A stretch of 64,000 nt of DNA from Candidatus Saccharimonadota bacterium (GTDB taxonomy: Bacteria > Patescibacteriota > Saccharimonadia > CAILAD01 > BJGX01): positions 12,530-76,529 of the forward strand of contig JAXLZU010000001.1 of the NCBI GenBank assembly GCA_046350735.1. Direction: 5' to 3'. Position 1 is the first letter of the stretch; each line of letters starts with the position of its first letter. Below, in pieces: positions 1-9,467 of the stretch. The notes under the pieces are model-generated. The model had not been told where the DNA came from. It did no database searches and worked only from the letters and a program-made list of their open reading frames with translations. Position numbers and translations under genes: made by a program.

Positions 1-174
1 CATAAGGTGGCCGGCATGGAGCGAACCATTGGCATTGGGTGGGGGCATAATAATACTAAACGATTTACCTTTAGCATTTTTTTGTGGAGCAAATGAATCT
101 GATTCTTGCCACAGCTTGAGAATATCTGTCTCGTACTTACTCGGTTCGTAGGCTTTGGGGAGTTCTTTTTTCAT
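1..174 (-). CDS. valS: valine--tRNA ligase, N-terminal part (runs off window)
   Basis: Hand translation MKKELPKAYEPSKYE...FSIIMPPPNANGSLHAGHLM: ValRS PPPN..G.LH.GH (HIGH) motif. Confidence 0.93.
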   Translation of the reverse strand, partial: MKKELPKAYEPSKYETDILKLWQESDSFAPQKNAKGKSFSIIMPPPNANGSLHAGHLM

Positions 175-298
175 AGGCTAAATTGTACCATTTTTCAGAT
201 GTAGTCGACTAGGGGTGGGCAATATTTGACAATCAAGCTTACGCTTCATTACAATAAGCATAACTATTCTTTAATACTAACCGGCAGGAGAGGAACGA

Positions 299-1159
299 AT
301 GATGAAAGATATTTACAGCCCACTCGAAATAGACGAGCAATGGGATCAGCGAGCAGAAATGCAAGAAGGTGACGCCACTGCTGCACCTACTACAAGCGAG
401 GCGGGTGCTATGACCGCTACTATGGAGCCTGCTGTAGAGTCAAATGATGTCAAGGGCGTACCTGCGCCAGACCATGCCGAACCCGGATCGGTAGAACCTG
501 CTACTGAAGATACTCCGCACATTGCTTTGCATGCCGAAGATAATCAGATGGCCCCAGAGGCAGATGCTGCACTGGGTGGAATGAGTGATGATGAGGCTGT
601 AGCCAAACTTGCAGGAGACGACAAAACCGAAGATGCCACCACCGACCCAAGTGATAGTGCTATGGAATCTGGTAGCACTCTCAACCCACAGTCTGGTGAT
701 ACAGTTATTCCAACCACTAAGATAGAGCCTACCGAGCCACGCGTTCAGCCAGAAGAAAAATCTAATACTTCAATGACAGAGAATCATGATGGCGCCATAG
801 CAACCGATGTACCTGACACAACCAGTAACGAGCATTTTGTGCTGGGTGGACAACCAGAACCCAATACCGAAACTCCTGCTCACCCTGATACAGAAGAGGA
901 AGAAGCACCGCCGATTAGCCCAACCGAAACCGAAGAATCTACAGAAGAGGGAATTGATAGTGCTATCGATGCTGCAATGAGTAAAATTAAAGAAGCAGAA
1001 GAGATGCTAAAAGCAGAAAAAGAAAAGATTGCGGCACGTATTCAAGAACACGAACAAGCCGAGACTGAAGCCCGCACTAAAAAAGAGAGTGACCAAGAAG
1101 AGCTGAGACGAATAGAAGACGAGTTAGGCAAACTCGATAAACTTCAGCCAGCTGCATAA
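299..1159 (+). CDS. hypothetical acidic low-complexity protein with C-terminal coiled coil
   Basis: 286-aa ORF, SD-like AGGAGAGGA upstream, E/D/T/P-rich, helical charged C-terminus, hairpin after stop. Confidence 0.7.
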   Translation: MMKDIYSPLEIDEQWDQRAEMQEGDATAAPTTSEAGAMTATMEPAVESNDVKGVPAPDHAEPGSVEPATEDTPHIALHAEDNQMAPEADAALGGMSDDEAVAKLAGDDKTEDATTDPSDSAMESGSTLNPQSGDTVIPTTKIEPTEPRVQPEEKSNTSMTENHDGAIATDVPDTTSNEHFVLGGQPEPNTETPAHPDTEEEEAPPISPTETEESTEEGIDSAIDAAMSKIKEAEEMLKAEKEKIAARIQEHEQAETEARTKKESDQEELRRIEDELGKLDKLQPAA

Positions 1160-1207
1160 TTACATACAACTGTAACTATATAAAAACTACCCCAGTTAGG
1201 GTAGTTT

Positions 1208-2251
1208 TTATATAGCCTCTAGGCTCGAGTCTGCTCGTAATTGTTCTGGCGCAATAAACATATTGTTCTGAGCCATTTGTAGCGCCAGGGAGCCTATCAT
1301 GGCAGCATTATCGCTACAAAGCTTTGGTGGCACAAAAATTGCGTTAGGCAGCTTCTCATGCAAGCGTAAGCGTAATTCGCTATTACATGCCACACCGCCA
1401 CCAACTACAATGCTCTTTGGAGAAAATCGGGCGTTAGCAGCTAAAGTGTTTTTTATCAGAGCATCTACAACTGCCTTTTGAAAGCTCGCCGCAATATCAG
1501 CTACTACTTGAGTATCTAATGTGTAAGACTTTTGAGCATCAACAGCACCTAGGTTTTTGCCAGTAATTTCTTGTACTTGCCTAAGAACAGCTGTTTTTAA
1601 GCCAGAAAAACTAAAGTCGAGACTCTCTCTGCCCATATTGGCGATAGGAAACTGATATTTGCTAGCGTCACCATGCTTGGCAGCCTCACCAATTGCTGGG
1701 CCGCCAGGATATGGTAGGCCGAGTAGCTTGGCTACTTTATCGAAAGCTTCACCAGCGGCATCATCTAGTGTTTCGCCCAAAATCTCACGGCTTAGGTCTG
1801 CCTGATAAAGCGACAGGGCGGTATGCCCACCTGAGACGGTTAGAGCCAAGAAAGGAAATTCTGGCGGGGTTTCGGTAAGAAAAGCCGCAAAACCATGTGC
1901 ATAGATATGATTCACCCCAATAAGTGGTTTGTTTTTTACCGTCGCCAGCGTTTTGGCTGTTAGTACACCAATAAGCAACGAGCCAAGCAAGCCTGGGCCT
2001 TTAGTAACAGCAATAGCATCAATCTCATCCCAGTTGCAATTTGCATCGCCAAGAGCTTGCTCAATAACTGGTAAGATTACCTCTATATGACTCCGCGCGG
2101 CCACTTCTGGCACTACACCACCATATTGGGCATGAATCTCCACCTGGCTATTAATTACATTGCTCAAAATCTTGCCGGTATACTTACCAGTTTTTTCTAC
2201 TACTGCAGCGGCAGTTTCATCGCAGCTAGTTTCTATTGCAAGAATTCTCAT
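1208..2251 (-). CDS. tsaD: tRNA N6-adenosine threonylcarbamoyltransferase
   Basis: ILAIETSCDETA, GGVVPEVAARSH, SGGHT, DDAAGEAFDKVA, FSFSGLKT, DNAAMI motifs. Confidence 0.97.
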   Translation of the reverse strand: MRILAIETSCDETAAAVVEKTGKYTGKILSNVINSQVEIHAQYGGVVPEVAARSHIEVILPVIEQALGDANCNWDEIDAIAVTKGPGLLGSLLIGVLTAKTLATVKNKPLIGVNHIYAHGFAAFLTETPPEFPFLALTVSGGHTALSLYQADLSREILGETLDDAAGEAFDKVAKLLGLPYPGGPAIGEAAKHGDASKYQFPIANMGRESLDFSFSGLKTAVLRQVQEITGKNLGAVDAQKSYTLDTQVVADIAASFQKAVVDALIKNTLAANARFSPKSIVVGGGVACNSELRLRLHEKLPNAIFVPPKLCSDNAAMIGSLALQMAQNNMFIAPEQLRADSSLEAI

Positions 2252-2309
2252 GTGCTATATCGTAACATAAAAAGAAAAACTCCCTTACCATTATAGTAAG
2301 GGAGTTGAG

Positions 2310-2382
2310 TGGGGCAGGTGGGGATCGAACCCACGACCAAGGCATTATGAGTGCCACGCTCTAACCACTGAGCTACTGCCCC
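2310..2382 (-). tRNA. tRNA with CAT anticodon, probably Ile2 (lysidine type)
   Basis: Reverse complement GGGGCAGTAGCTCAGTGGTTAGAGC...CTCATAA...GGTTCGATCCCCACCTGCCCCA folds as a cloverleaf; Ile2 versus Met is inferred. Confidence 0.9.
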
Positions 2383-2386
2383 GGTG

Positions 2387-2460
2387 CGCCGGTGGAGGGA
2401 CTCGAACCCACGACCAACAGATTAGAAGTCTGTTGCTCTATCCAACTGAGCTACACCGGC
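2387..2460 (-). tRNA. tRNA-Arg(TCT)
   Basis: GCCGGTGTAGCTCAGTTGGATAGAGC...CAGAC-TTCTAAT-CTG...GGTTCGAGTCC cloverleaf, anticodon loop CTTCTAA. Confidence 0.95.
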
Positions 2461-2464
2461 TGGG

Positions 2465-2548
2465 TGCCCGCGGTGGGAATCGAACCCACACGCTCTTGCG
2501 AGCCGGGGGGTTTAAGCCCCCTGCGTCTGCCTATTACGCCACGCGGGC
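2465..2548 (-). tRNA. tRNA-Leu(TAA)
   Basis: GCCCGCGTGGCG...GGGGG-CTTAAAC-CCCCC, long variable arm, GGTTCGATTCCC. Confidence 0.95.
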
Positions 2549-2554
2549 TGGGTC

Positions 2555-3256
2555 TTAGCACTGTGAGGCTATTGCCTGGGTTATAGCAGTAGCATAACCC
2601 GCATTACCAGCAGGGCTAAAATGCAAATCATCTGCAGCTTGCCAGTCGGTATGACCCGACATAGCAGCTTCCCAATCGAGAAAATGAGCATTTGGGTAGT
2701 TTGCCACATTCGCGCGAATAGTCGCGTTCATTTCTGGCCCAAGAACTTTTAGATTGCGCTCGGTATTGTGCTCTTGTACACCGACCCAAATCACACAAGG
2801 GGTATCACTAAGAGTCTGAAAAACAGCTTGCTGATGATTGCTAAGGTTAATCATATGCAAGGCATGCTCGTTGGGGTTCTGAGCCAAAAACACAGGAATC
2901 AAATCATTGGTACCAAGTGCAATAACCATTGCATCAGGGTGCCTGGTCTGATGTACCTCAGTAATGAGCGGCTGCAGCTGAACGGTAGAAGTACCAATTA
3001 CCCCATGAATTTCGGGGTTTTGATACCCAGCAAGTTGCATCTGTAGATCGCCTGTAGCGCCAAACACCAAGCTATCACCAAAAACTGCAACAGTATTTAC
3101 CTGCACGTGCGCCTTGGTGGTAGTTGGCGTAGCTGCAAAAGGAGATGACAAAGCATAACTCGAAAAGGTTCCGCTAATAACAAGGGCATTCACCCCAATA
3201 AGTATCGCGGCCAACAAACCCAATGCCATCAATATGTTCCTTCGCTGCATGTTCAC
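2555..3256 (-). CDS. secreted/membrane-anchored SGNH/GDSL hydrolase
   Basis: FGDSL, ALGTND, DDLH blocks; N-terminal hydrophobic helix; start moved to GTG 3256 behind GAAAGAGGTGG SD (ORF track starts at 3367). Confidence 0.8.
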   Translation of the reverse strand: MNMQRRNILMALGLLAAILIGVNALVISGTFSSYALSSPFAATPTTTKAHVQVNTVAVFGDSLVFGATGDLQMQLAGYQNPEIHGVIGTSTVQLQPLITEVHQTRHPDAMVIALGTNDLIPVFLAQNPNEHALHMINLSNHQQAVFQTLSDTPCVIWVGVQEHNTERNLKVLGPEMNATIRANVANYPNAHFLDWEAAMSGHTDWQAADDLHFSPAGNAGYATAITQAIASQC

Positions 3257-3360
3257 AGCATCCACCTCTTTCAACGTTCTAGAACAGCAGTATAATAGCA
3301 TTTTTTTATACATTTGTAAATACTTTTCTAGGTTGTCTGCCAATTTGTTACAATAGAGGT

Positions 3361-4320
3361 ATGTCAAATTTACCCGCCAACTGGGATGATCATCAGCGAA
3401 CCATTAATGCTCATGTGTTGCAAAGTCATATATGGGCAGCATTTCAGACGCAAGTTGGGCGTAAGTTACACTATACATCTGGTAAAAACTTTAGTTGGGT
3501 AGGCTTCGAGCGTCGCAGTCATGGCTTGCACTATCTGGCCTTGCCCTATGGCCCAACTATACTTAGTGATGCCAAGTCGGCTTACCTCTCAATAATCAAT
3601 CAGGCCAAATCTGCCCATCTCGATCTTGTACGTGTTGAGCCGTTTGGCAGCGAAGATATCGAGATACTACAATCTTTTGGTGCCCGCAAGATTGCCGATG
3701 TTGAGCCACAATTTACCCAAGTAATAGATCTCAAAAAGCCCGAAGATGAGCTTCGAGCAGACCTAGCCTCGGGGCATCGTAATCGTATTAATACCGCGCC
3801 CAAGCGTGGGGTAGAGGTGTACAAGACTAACTCTCTAGATGAAATTGATGATTTCTTAGCGTTAATGCACGATACCGCTAAACATGCCGGTATCACCAAT
3901 CACCCAGACGAGTATTACCAACAAATGGCCGAGACAATGCTACCAAGCGGCCAAGCGAGTTTTTATGTCGCCAAGGCAGAAGGCAAAAAAGTAACCATCT
4001 CCCTTATTTATGACTACCATGGTACCCGCTACTATGCCCACACAGGTAGCAACCAAACACTCAATAGAAAGTACAATGCCGGAGTTTTCTTGGTTTGGCA
4101 AATGATATGTGATGCCAAGGCTGATGGATTTTCGCGCTTCGACCTCTGGGGGGTAGCCCCGCCCACATCAGATAGTACGCATAAATGGGCTGGCATTACT
4201 GCCTTTAAACAAGGTTTTGGTGGTGATACTGTTGGTACGCTAGGCACTTGGGATATTCCCATCAAAAAGAACAAATATAAGATATATGGTGTGTATCGAA
4301 AATTGCGGGGTAGAGCATGA
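3361..4320 (+). CDS. FemABX family peptidoglycan bridge peptidyltransferase
   Basis: LQSHIWAAF, PYGP, VRVEP, FDLWGV, GITAFKQGFGG. Confidence 0.9.
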   Translation: MSNLPANWDDHQRTINAHVLQSHIWAAFQTQVGRKLHYTSGKNFSWVGFERRSHGLHYLALPYGPTILSDAKSAYLSIINQAKSAHLDLVRVEPFGSEDIEILQSFGARKIADVEPQFTQVIDLKKPEDELRADLASGHRNRINTAPKRGVEVYKTNSLDEIDDFLALMHDTAKHAGITNHPDEYYQQMAETMLPSGQASFYVAKAEGKKVTISLIYDYHGTRYYAHTGSNQTLNRKYNAGVFLVWQMICDAKADGFSRFDLWGVAPPTSDSTHKWAGITAFKQGFGGDTVGTLGTWDIPIKKNKYKIYGVYRKLRGRA

Positions 4321-5387
4321 TTCGCTTTGCAAATGAGAACGAACTAAAAAGCTGGGACAGTCTTATTGCTGACAACCCAGATGGCGGGCACATTTACCAA
4401 AGTTATGCCTGGAGTCAATTTAAAAAAACCAATGGTTGGGAACCACTCTATTGTGTATACGAAGAACCTGGGGTAGTGGTCTACTTTACGCTCATCCGTA
4501 AGTCTGCAGGTCTGCTTGGTACGGTCTATTATTGCTCTAAGGGCCCAGGAATATTTAAAGACTTCGTAGCCGATAGCGACAGCAAGGCACATTTTGCCGA
4601 GCTCTGTACGCAATTACCCCATTTTATTGGTCGTCACGACAAGCGAGCCATCCTGGTAAAACTCGAGCCAGAGCTCGAGGATGAGCAATTAGACCTCGCT
4701 AAATTAGGGCTCATTAAAAGCAAGGCTGACTTACAGTTTAAAGCGACCATTTTTGTCGATCTTAACCCAAGTGAGGAAGACATTTTAGCTAGTTTTAAAC
4801 AAAAAACTCGCTACAATATTCGCCTGGCTGAGCGCAAAGGAGTAAAGACCGAATCACGTCCGATGGACAAGGACGGGGTAGACTTAATGTTCTCGCTTAT
4901 GTCTGCCACCCAAGAACGAGCCGGGTTTTTCTTACGTAAAAAAGACTATTTTGCCGGGTATTGGATGGAGTTATACCAAGCAGACATGGCCGAATTTTTG
5001 GTGGCCACCTATAACGACGAGGTGCTCGCCGGAGTATTTGCCACGGCTTTTGCTACCAAGAGTTATTACAAAGATGGTGGATCGTTCCCAATTCATCGTA
5101 ACTTAATGGCGCCATACTTGTTACAATGGCGAGCCATGCAATGGGCCAAAAAGAAGGGAGCAACAAGCTATGATATGGTAGCTGTACCGCCCAAGTCTCA
5201 GCTAGATAACCCCGAGCACCATCAGTATGGTTTGTATCAATTTAAACGCGGGTTTAACGAAGAAGTAACCGAGTTTGTTGGCTGTTACGATCTACCAGTT
5301 GATTCGAGAAAGTTTCGTATTTGGCAGCGGCAAGAGAGTTATTACTTGCGCTTATACGCCAAAATGACCAAGAATTTATTCTGGTAA
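4317..5387 (+). CDS. FemABX family peptidoglycan bridge peptidyltransferase
   Basis: YQSYAWSQFK, KGP, KTRYNIRLAERKGV, APYLLQW, GLYQFKRGF; ATGA overlap with upstream paralog. Confidence 0.92.
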   Translation: MIRFANENELKSWDSLIADNPDGGHIYQSYAWSQFKKTNGWEPLYCVYEEPGVVVYFTLIRKSAGLLGTVYYCSKGPGIFKDFVADSDSKAHFAELCTQLPHFIGRHDKRAILVKLEPELEDEQLDLAKLGLIKSKADLQFKATIFVDLNPSEEDILASFKQKTRYNIRLAERKGVKTESRPMDKDGVDLMFSLMSATQERAGFFLRKKDYFAGYWMELYQADMAEFLVATYNDEVLAGVFATAFATKSYYKDGGSFPIHRNLMAPYLLQWRAMQWAKKKGATSYDMVAVPPKSQLDNPEHHQYGLYQFKRGFNEEVTEFVGCYDLPVDSRKFRIWQRQESYYLRLYAKMTKNLFW

Positions 5388-5449
5388 TTTTGGCTTTCTC
5401 GGCAAGGTAAAGGCCCCGAGAGTTTTTTATTACTCTCGGGGCGATTTTG

Positions 5450-5662
5450 CTAAATCCTACCTTGGTAGTGTAGAAAGTCTGCTTCTACAAACTCGTCGGC
5501 TGGTGAACACGTTTCCTGTTGGTGGGTATGGTATCGACGCACTTGACCAAGTCTTGCTTCAGTGTAAGCTTCCATTCCATTTGCTACTCTCAAGAGAGCT
5601 TCAGCCTGCTCTCTCAGGCTACTTGCCATCCGATCCAGATGTTGCAAATCGTGATTGTCCAT
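5450..5662 (-). CDS. small hypothetical protein
   Basis: 70 aa; TAAGGAAAG SD; promoter TTGACT-17-TAAACT at 5739-5711; hairpin at 5413-5442 downstream. Confidence 0.6.
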   Translation of the reverse strand: MDNHDLQHLDRMASSLREQAEALLRVANGMEAYTEARLGQVRRYHTHQQETCSPADEFVEADFLHYQGRI

Positions 5663-5839
5663 GTCTGACTTTCCTTAAGGTACCCTTCGGGCTTTCCGAA
5701 GTTCTGAGCTAGTTTACTACATAACCATAATAAAGTCAATATATAATTGATAAAATATGGTATTATAAGGTTTATTTATAAAAATTTTTTTGTCAATATA
5801 ATCTTGACAATAACTAAATTATTCTGATAAATTACTAGT

Positions 5840-6625
5840 ATGAATACCAAAACACTCTTAGAGGCCGGCTTAAGTGAGTCTCAAGCCAAAGCTTATGTAG
5901 CCCTTATACAGCAAGGGCAGCTTTCACCACCACAACTTGCAGACCAAGTCAAAGAATCTCGCACCAATAGTTATATGATCTTAGAAAAGCTAGAAGAACT
6001 CGGCTTGGTAAAAAAAAGTGATAAGCAAAAAAAACTTGTCTACGAACCAGAAAATCCGGTAGCCTTAGAACGACTCATAGAAAATCGCCGTAATGAGATA
6101 CTTCGCACCGAAAAAGAACTTAAAGACAGCCTTCCAATGCTATTGAATTATTTTTACACCTATCAAAATAAACCTGGTGTAAAGTTTTTTGAAGGTAGAG
6201 AAGGAATTCTTGAAATGTATCAAGATCAACTACGGGTGCGCAAAGACATCTACTTTGTGCGTTCTGAAGGTGATATTAACCTACTTGGAGCTAAGATTTA
6301 TCAAATTATCGAAAGGCGACTCAAGCTTGGTATAAAAGTCTATGGTGTTGAAGAAGGCACAGAAAAGCTAAAACAATATTCTGCCGAAAATGATAAGCGT
6401 CTGGGGAGAGAGATGACATTTTTTCCTGTAGGTAGCTATACTGAGCCAGTTAACCTATATACCTATGGCGACAAAACTGCTCTCATATCTTTTGGTAAAG
6501 AGACTATAGGGATACTTATAGAAAGTCCTCAGATAGCTGCGGCTATGCGCCAGCTGTTTACATTCTTGCAGCTTGGTGCCAAAGCAATGATGAATAGCAC
6601 CCAATCTGAAAATTCTGTAGAATAA
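5840..6625 (+). CDS. TrmB-family transcriptional regulator
   Basis: GLSESQAKAYVAL...RTNSYMILEKLEELGLV wHTH, PGVKFFEGREGI, typical CPR TrmB C-terminus. Confidence 0.88.
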   Translation: MNTKTLLEAGLSESQAKAYVALIQQGQLSPPQLADQVKESRTNSYMILEKLEELGLVKKSDKQKKLVYEPENPVALERLIENRRNEILRTEKELKDSLPMLLNYFYTYQNKPGVKFFEGREGILEMYQDQLRVRKDIYFVRSEGDINLLGAKIYQIIERRLKLGIKVYGVEEGTEKLKQYSAENDKRLGREMTFFPVGSYTEPVNLYTYGDKTALISFGKETIGILIESPQIAAAMRQLFTFLQLGAKAMMNSTQSENSVE

Positions 6626-6696
6626 GCATATGAATCCCGTTAAAAACCATAACAAATTTTGGCACTTAACCCGTTTCAAGGAAGGTTTCTAACGGG

Positions 6697-8070
6697 ATGA
6701 AGTTTGATAAAGATATCTTTAAGGCCTACGACATTCGTGGGCTCAGCCCAGAAGAGCTTAGCCCTAAGGTAGCTTTTGCAATAGGGCGCGCCTTCGCCGA
6801 TTTTGTGCCTACTGGCAAAATCGCAGTTGGTAGAGACATGCGCAGCGATTCTGCCGAGCTAGCCGAAGCGCTTATTGCAGGACTACTAAAACAGGGGAGA
6901 GAAGTAATAAATCTAGGGTTAATTACTTCTGATACTATGTATTTTGCAGTAGGATCACTCAAGCTAGCCGGTGGAGCCATGATTACAGCTAGTCATAATC
7001 CTGGTGCCTACGATGGCATTAAACTCACTGGTCTTGGCGTAGTTCCTATTGGTATAGATAGTGGTCTCTTAACTATCGAAGAAGAGATTACAGCTGATAC
7101 ATTTAAGAACGTCTCGCAGTCTGGTACTCTGACAACGCAAGAAATAACAAGCGAATGGATAGAACACGCCCTAAATATTGCCGGCAAAATACATCAACCA
7201 CTTAAGATAGGTATCGATTTTGGCAATGGAATGGCCTCGCTTTATCTTAAAGACCTGCAGGCAAAAACCCCATTACACATAGATTATCTCTACGAAACAC
7301 TCGATGGCACTTTCCCTAACCACGTGGCTAATCCTCTATTGCCAGAAAATACTAAAGATATTCGAAGGCTAGTTAAGAGTAGGCGACTAGAATGCGGTAT
7401 TGCTTTTGATGGTGATGGCGATAGGGCATTCTTTTGTGATGAATCTGGCACAATGCTGAGTGGCAGCGAGCTAGGTGCACTACTGGCAATACATATTTTA
7501 AAGAAGAACCCCGGTGCGACAATTCTCTATAATGCAGTATGCTCGCGTATAGTACCACAAACTATCGAGGTATATGGTGGCAAGGCTATTCGTACAAAGG
7601 TGGGGCACAGTTTTATTAAAGCCGAGATGCGCAAGCATACAGCAGTCTTTGCGTGCGAACACTCTGGACACTTTTATTTTGCCGACAATTACAATGCCGA
7701 TAGTGGCCTCATTGCTGCGTTAATGCTTCTACATGTTCTATCTGCTAGCAAGGAATCTCTTTCTGAAATGGTTGCCCCGCTACGCAATCAGTACATACAA
7801 TCTGGCGAAATTAATATTACCTCAAAAGACATTCCTGCCGATCTTGAGAAAATAAAACAGGCTTTCTCTGATGGCAAAATAGATGAACTCGATGGAATAA
7901 CCATTAACTATCCTCATTACTGGGTAAATGTACGGCCAAGCAATACCGAGCCGCTCTTACGAATAAATATTGAGGCCGAAGACCCTGCTGTACTCGAGAG
8001 TACCAAGCAAAAGATAGAACACTTACTTGCTAAAAAGCCCTTGTCAGAACTTAGTTTGAGCGTACAATAA
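6697..8070 (+). CDS. phosphomannomutase/phosphoglucomutase
   Basis: FKAYDIRG, ITASHNP, FDGDGDR, EHSGH, RPSNTEP. Confidence 0.95.
   Translation: MKFDKDIFKAYDIRGLSPEELSPKVAFAIGRAFADFVPTGKIAVGRDMRSDSAELAEALIAGLLKQGREVINLGLITSDTMYFAVGSLKLAGGAMITASHNPGAYDGIKLTGLGVVPIGIDSGLLTIEEEITADTFKNVSQSGTLTTQEITSEWIEHALNIAGKIHQPLKIGIDFGNGMASLYLKDLQAKTPLHIDYLYETLDGTFPNHVANPLLPENTKDIRRLVKSRRLECGIAFDGDGDRAFFCDESGTMLSGSELGALLAIHILKKNPGATILYNAVCSRIVPQTIEVYGGKAIRTKVGHSFIKAEMRKHTAVFACEHSGHFYFADNYNADSGLIAALMLLHVLSASKESLSEMVAPLRNQYIQSGEINITSKDIPADLEKIKQAFSDGKIDELDGITINYPHYWVNVRPSNTEPLLRINIEAEDPAVLESTKQKIEHLLAKKPLSELSLSVQ
8041..8068 (+). promoter_or_regulatory. putative sigma70 promoter for downstream ncRNA
   Basis: TTGTCA-16-TACAAT inside the last codons of the mutase gene. 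Confidence 0.5.
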
Positions 8071-8074
8071 CAAG

Positions 8075-8419
8075 TAGCACCTCTCACGTTCTGACCTAAG
8101 AGTCGCAAGGCACACAAACTTGCTCCAACCGGACCTCTCTGGAAGGAGCACCCGCGCGCTAACTGTTGAGTACCCGCACATGACATGCGGCGAAAACGGT
8201 CGGCTCTTAGGTCAACCTTTAGCTGGTGGTGCCACCGCATCCAGTCCCTACATACCACCAGCGTTTCCCGGACCGGCTTCTCCTCCCGCCCATGGTTAGT
8301 CGGTCTGGGAAATTCTTGAGGTAGCAGGGCACTGTTTGGATTCACCTCCCCTCTGTAGGTTAGTCCCGGCAGTGTCCTGCACCTCGGGCCAGCGCATCTA
8401 GTCTTCTAGGTGCTTTTTT
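8075..8419 (+). ncRNA. putative structured sRNA (~345 nt), family not recognised
   Basis: Helices 8092-8105/8201-8214, 8222-8230/8254-8262, 8264-8278/8298-8312, 8324-8334/8370-8380; non-Watson-Crick pairs are G-U on +; terminator 8394-8419. Confidence 0.72.
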
Positions 8420-8535
8420 ATTTTTTTGCTTTTGCATTTGCCTCTTATCTGAAATAATACTAGTAATGAGTCTCGCTAGAGTTTGAACGCGGGGCCCACA
8501 GATATATATTGTTTAAGTAAAGGAACTCTAACGAG

Positions 8536-9402
8536 ATGAGTGTCGCTGCTACCGAAAAAAAACTCCGTTCTGCAATTATCTCAGTAATTTGTTATGGTGC
8601 TATTTATGGTGTAGCCTACACCGATAACGAAATTTTGCGCTATATTCCGGTAAAAGCGAGTATTGTTGGTCTTCGCAATCACTTAGCCAGACTACAAAAA
8701 CGCGGTATCATATCTGTCGATAAGCAAGGTAGATACAAGCTAAAAAGCTGTAGTTATCCCCCACAACGCACGCAGCAAAAAAACTGGCAAGAGATAGTGC
8801 ACTCTGCCAAGAAGCACACTCGCCTTCTACGCGCCATACCATTTATTAAGTCTATTGTAGTACTGCCACAAAGTGACGAGCGTAGTATACGTATAGCGGT
8901 TATTGCTTTGCCGGCACGTCTGCATCTTGCCAGGCTCTTGGTAGAAAAGTTTTTTGCCTCTCGCACTCTAGAAAACTCGCAAAAAAAACAAATAGAGGTA
9001 ATTGATACTCTGTATTTTACTACGGCCGGTCTGCGCTTTTTGGATGATTTTGGGTTTTCTGACTTAGACCGTACTGTTTGCCTACTTAATGCCAAGCCTA
9101 TTTTTGGCGAAAAAGTCTGGCAAACAATGCTAGAAAAAAACGACTATATTCGCACCCAATGCCCAAATTATATTTGGGCTCGTAATCATACTGCGGTGTA
9201 CGCCAGTTCTATTCGCTTTCTCGATAGTTACGACGATAAAGCATATAGAGCATTTTTACGTTCCATGGCACGCAAAAAAGAGTACCGCCACGGTGGAGCC
9301 TTACTACGAATTCGGCCCGATGTTATTATTGCCGACCCATATGCCAAAAAGAAAAAGATACTTAGCCAACGCTTTTCTCAGGCCATGCAAAAGGTGAAGT
9401 AA
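8536..9402 (+). CDS. hypothetical protein, wHTH-like N-terminus plus degenerate nucleotidyltransferase-like region
   Basis: 288 aa, AAGGA SD; IPFIKSIVV...RLHLAR...N.YIR..PN resembles a common CPR NTase-like family but GS/DxD is absent. Confidence 0.6.
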   Translation: MSVAATEKKLRSAIISVICYGAIYGVAYTDNEILRYIPVKASIVGLRNHLARLQKRGIISVDKQGRYKLKSCSYPPQRTQQKNWQEIVHSAKKHTRLLRAIPFIKSIVVLPQSDERSIRIAVIALPARLHLARLLVEKFFASRTLENSQKKQIEVIDTLYFTTAGLRFLDDFGFSDLDRTVCLLNAKPIFGEKVWQTMLEKNDYIRTQCPNYIWARNHTAVYASSIRFLDSYDDKAYRAFLRSMARKKEYRHGGALLRIRPDVIIADPYAKKKKILSQRFSQAMQKVK

Positions 9403-9432
9403 AAAATAATATTATAAAATAGTCAAAAGTTA

Positions 9433-9461
9433 TTGACAAATTTAGTAGGCTGTGCTAGAAT
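9433..9461 (+). promoter_or_regulatory. strong sigma70 promoter
   Basis: TTGACA-17-TAGAAT with extended TG and AT-rich upstream tract. Confidence 0.85.
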
Positions 9462-9467
9462 ACTTGT

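Noticed and set aside
7917-8345. 142-aa minus-strand ORF over the sRNA; CsrB-like GGA loops on the minus strand
   Set aside because: Overlaps the mutase gene antisense; G-U pairs and the terminator T-run both indicate a + strand RNA
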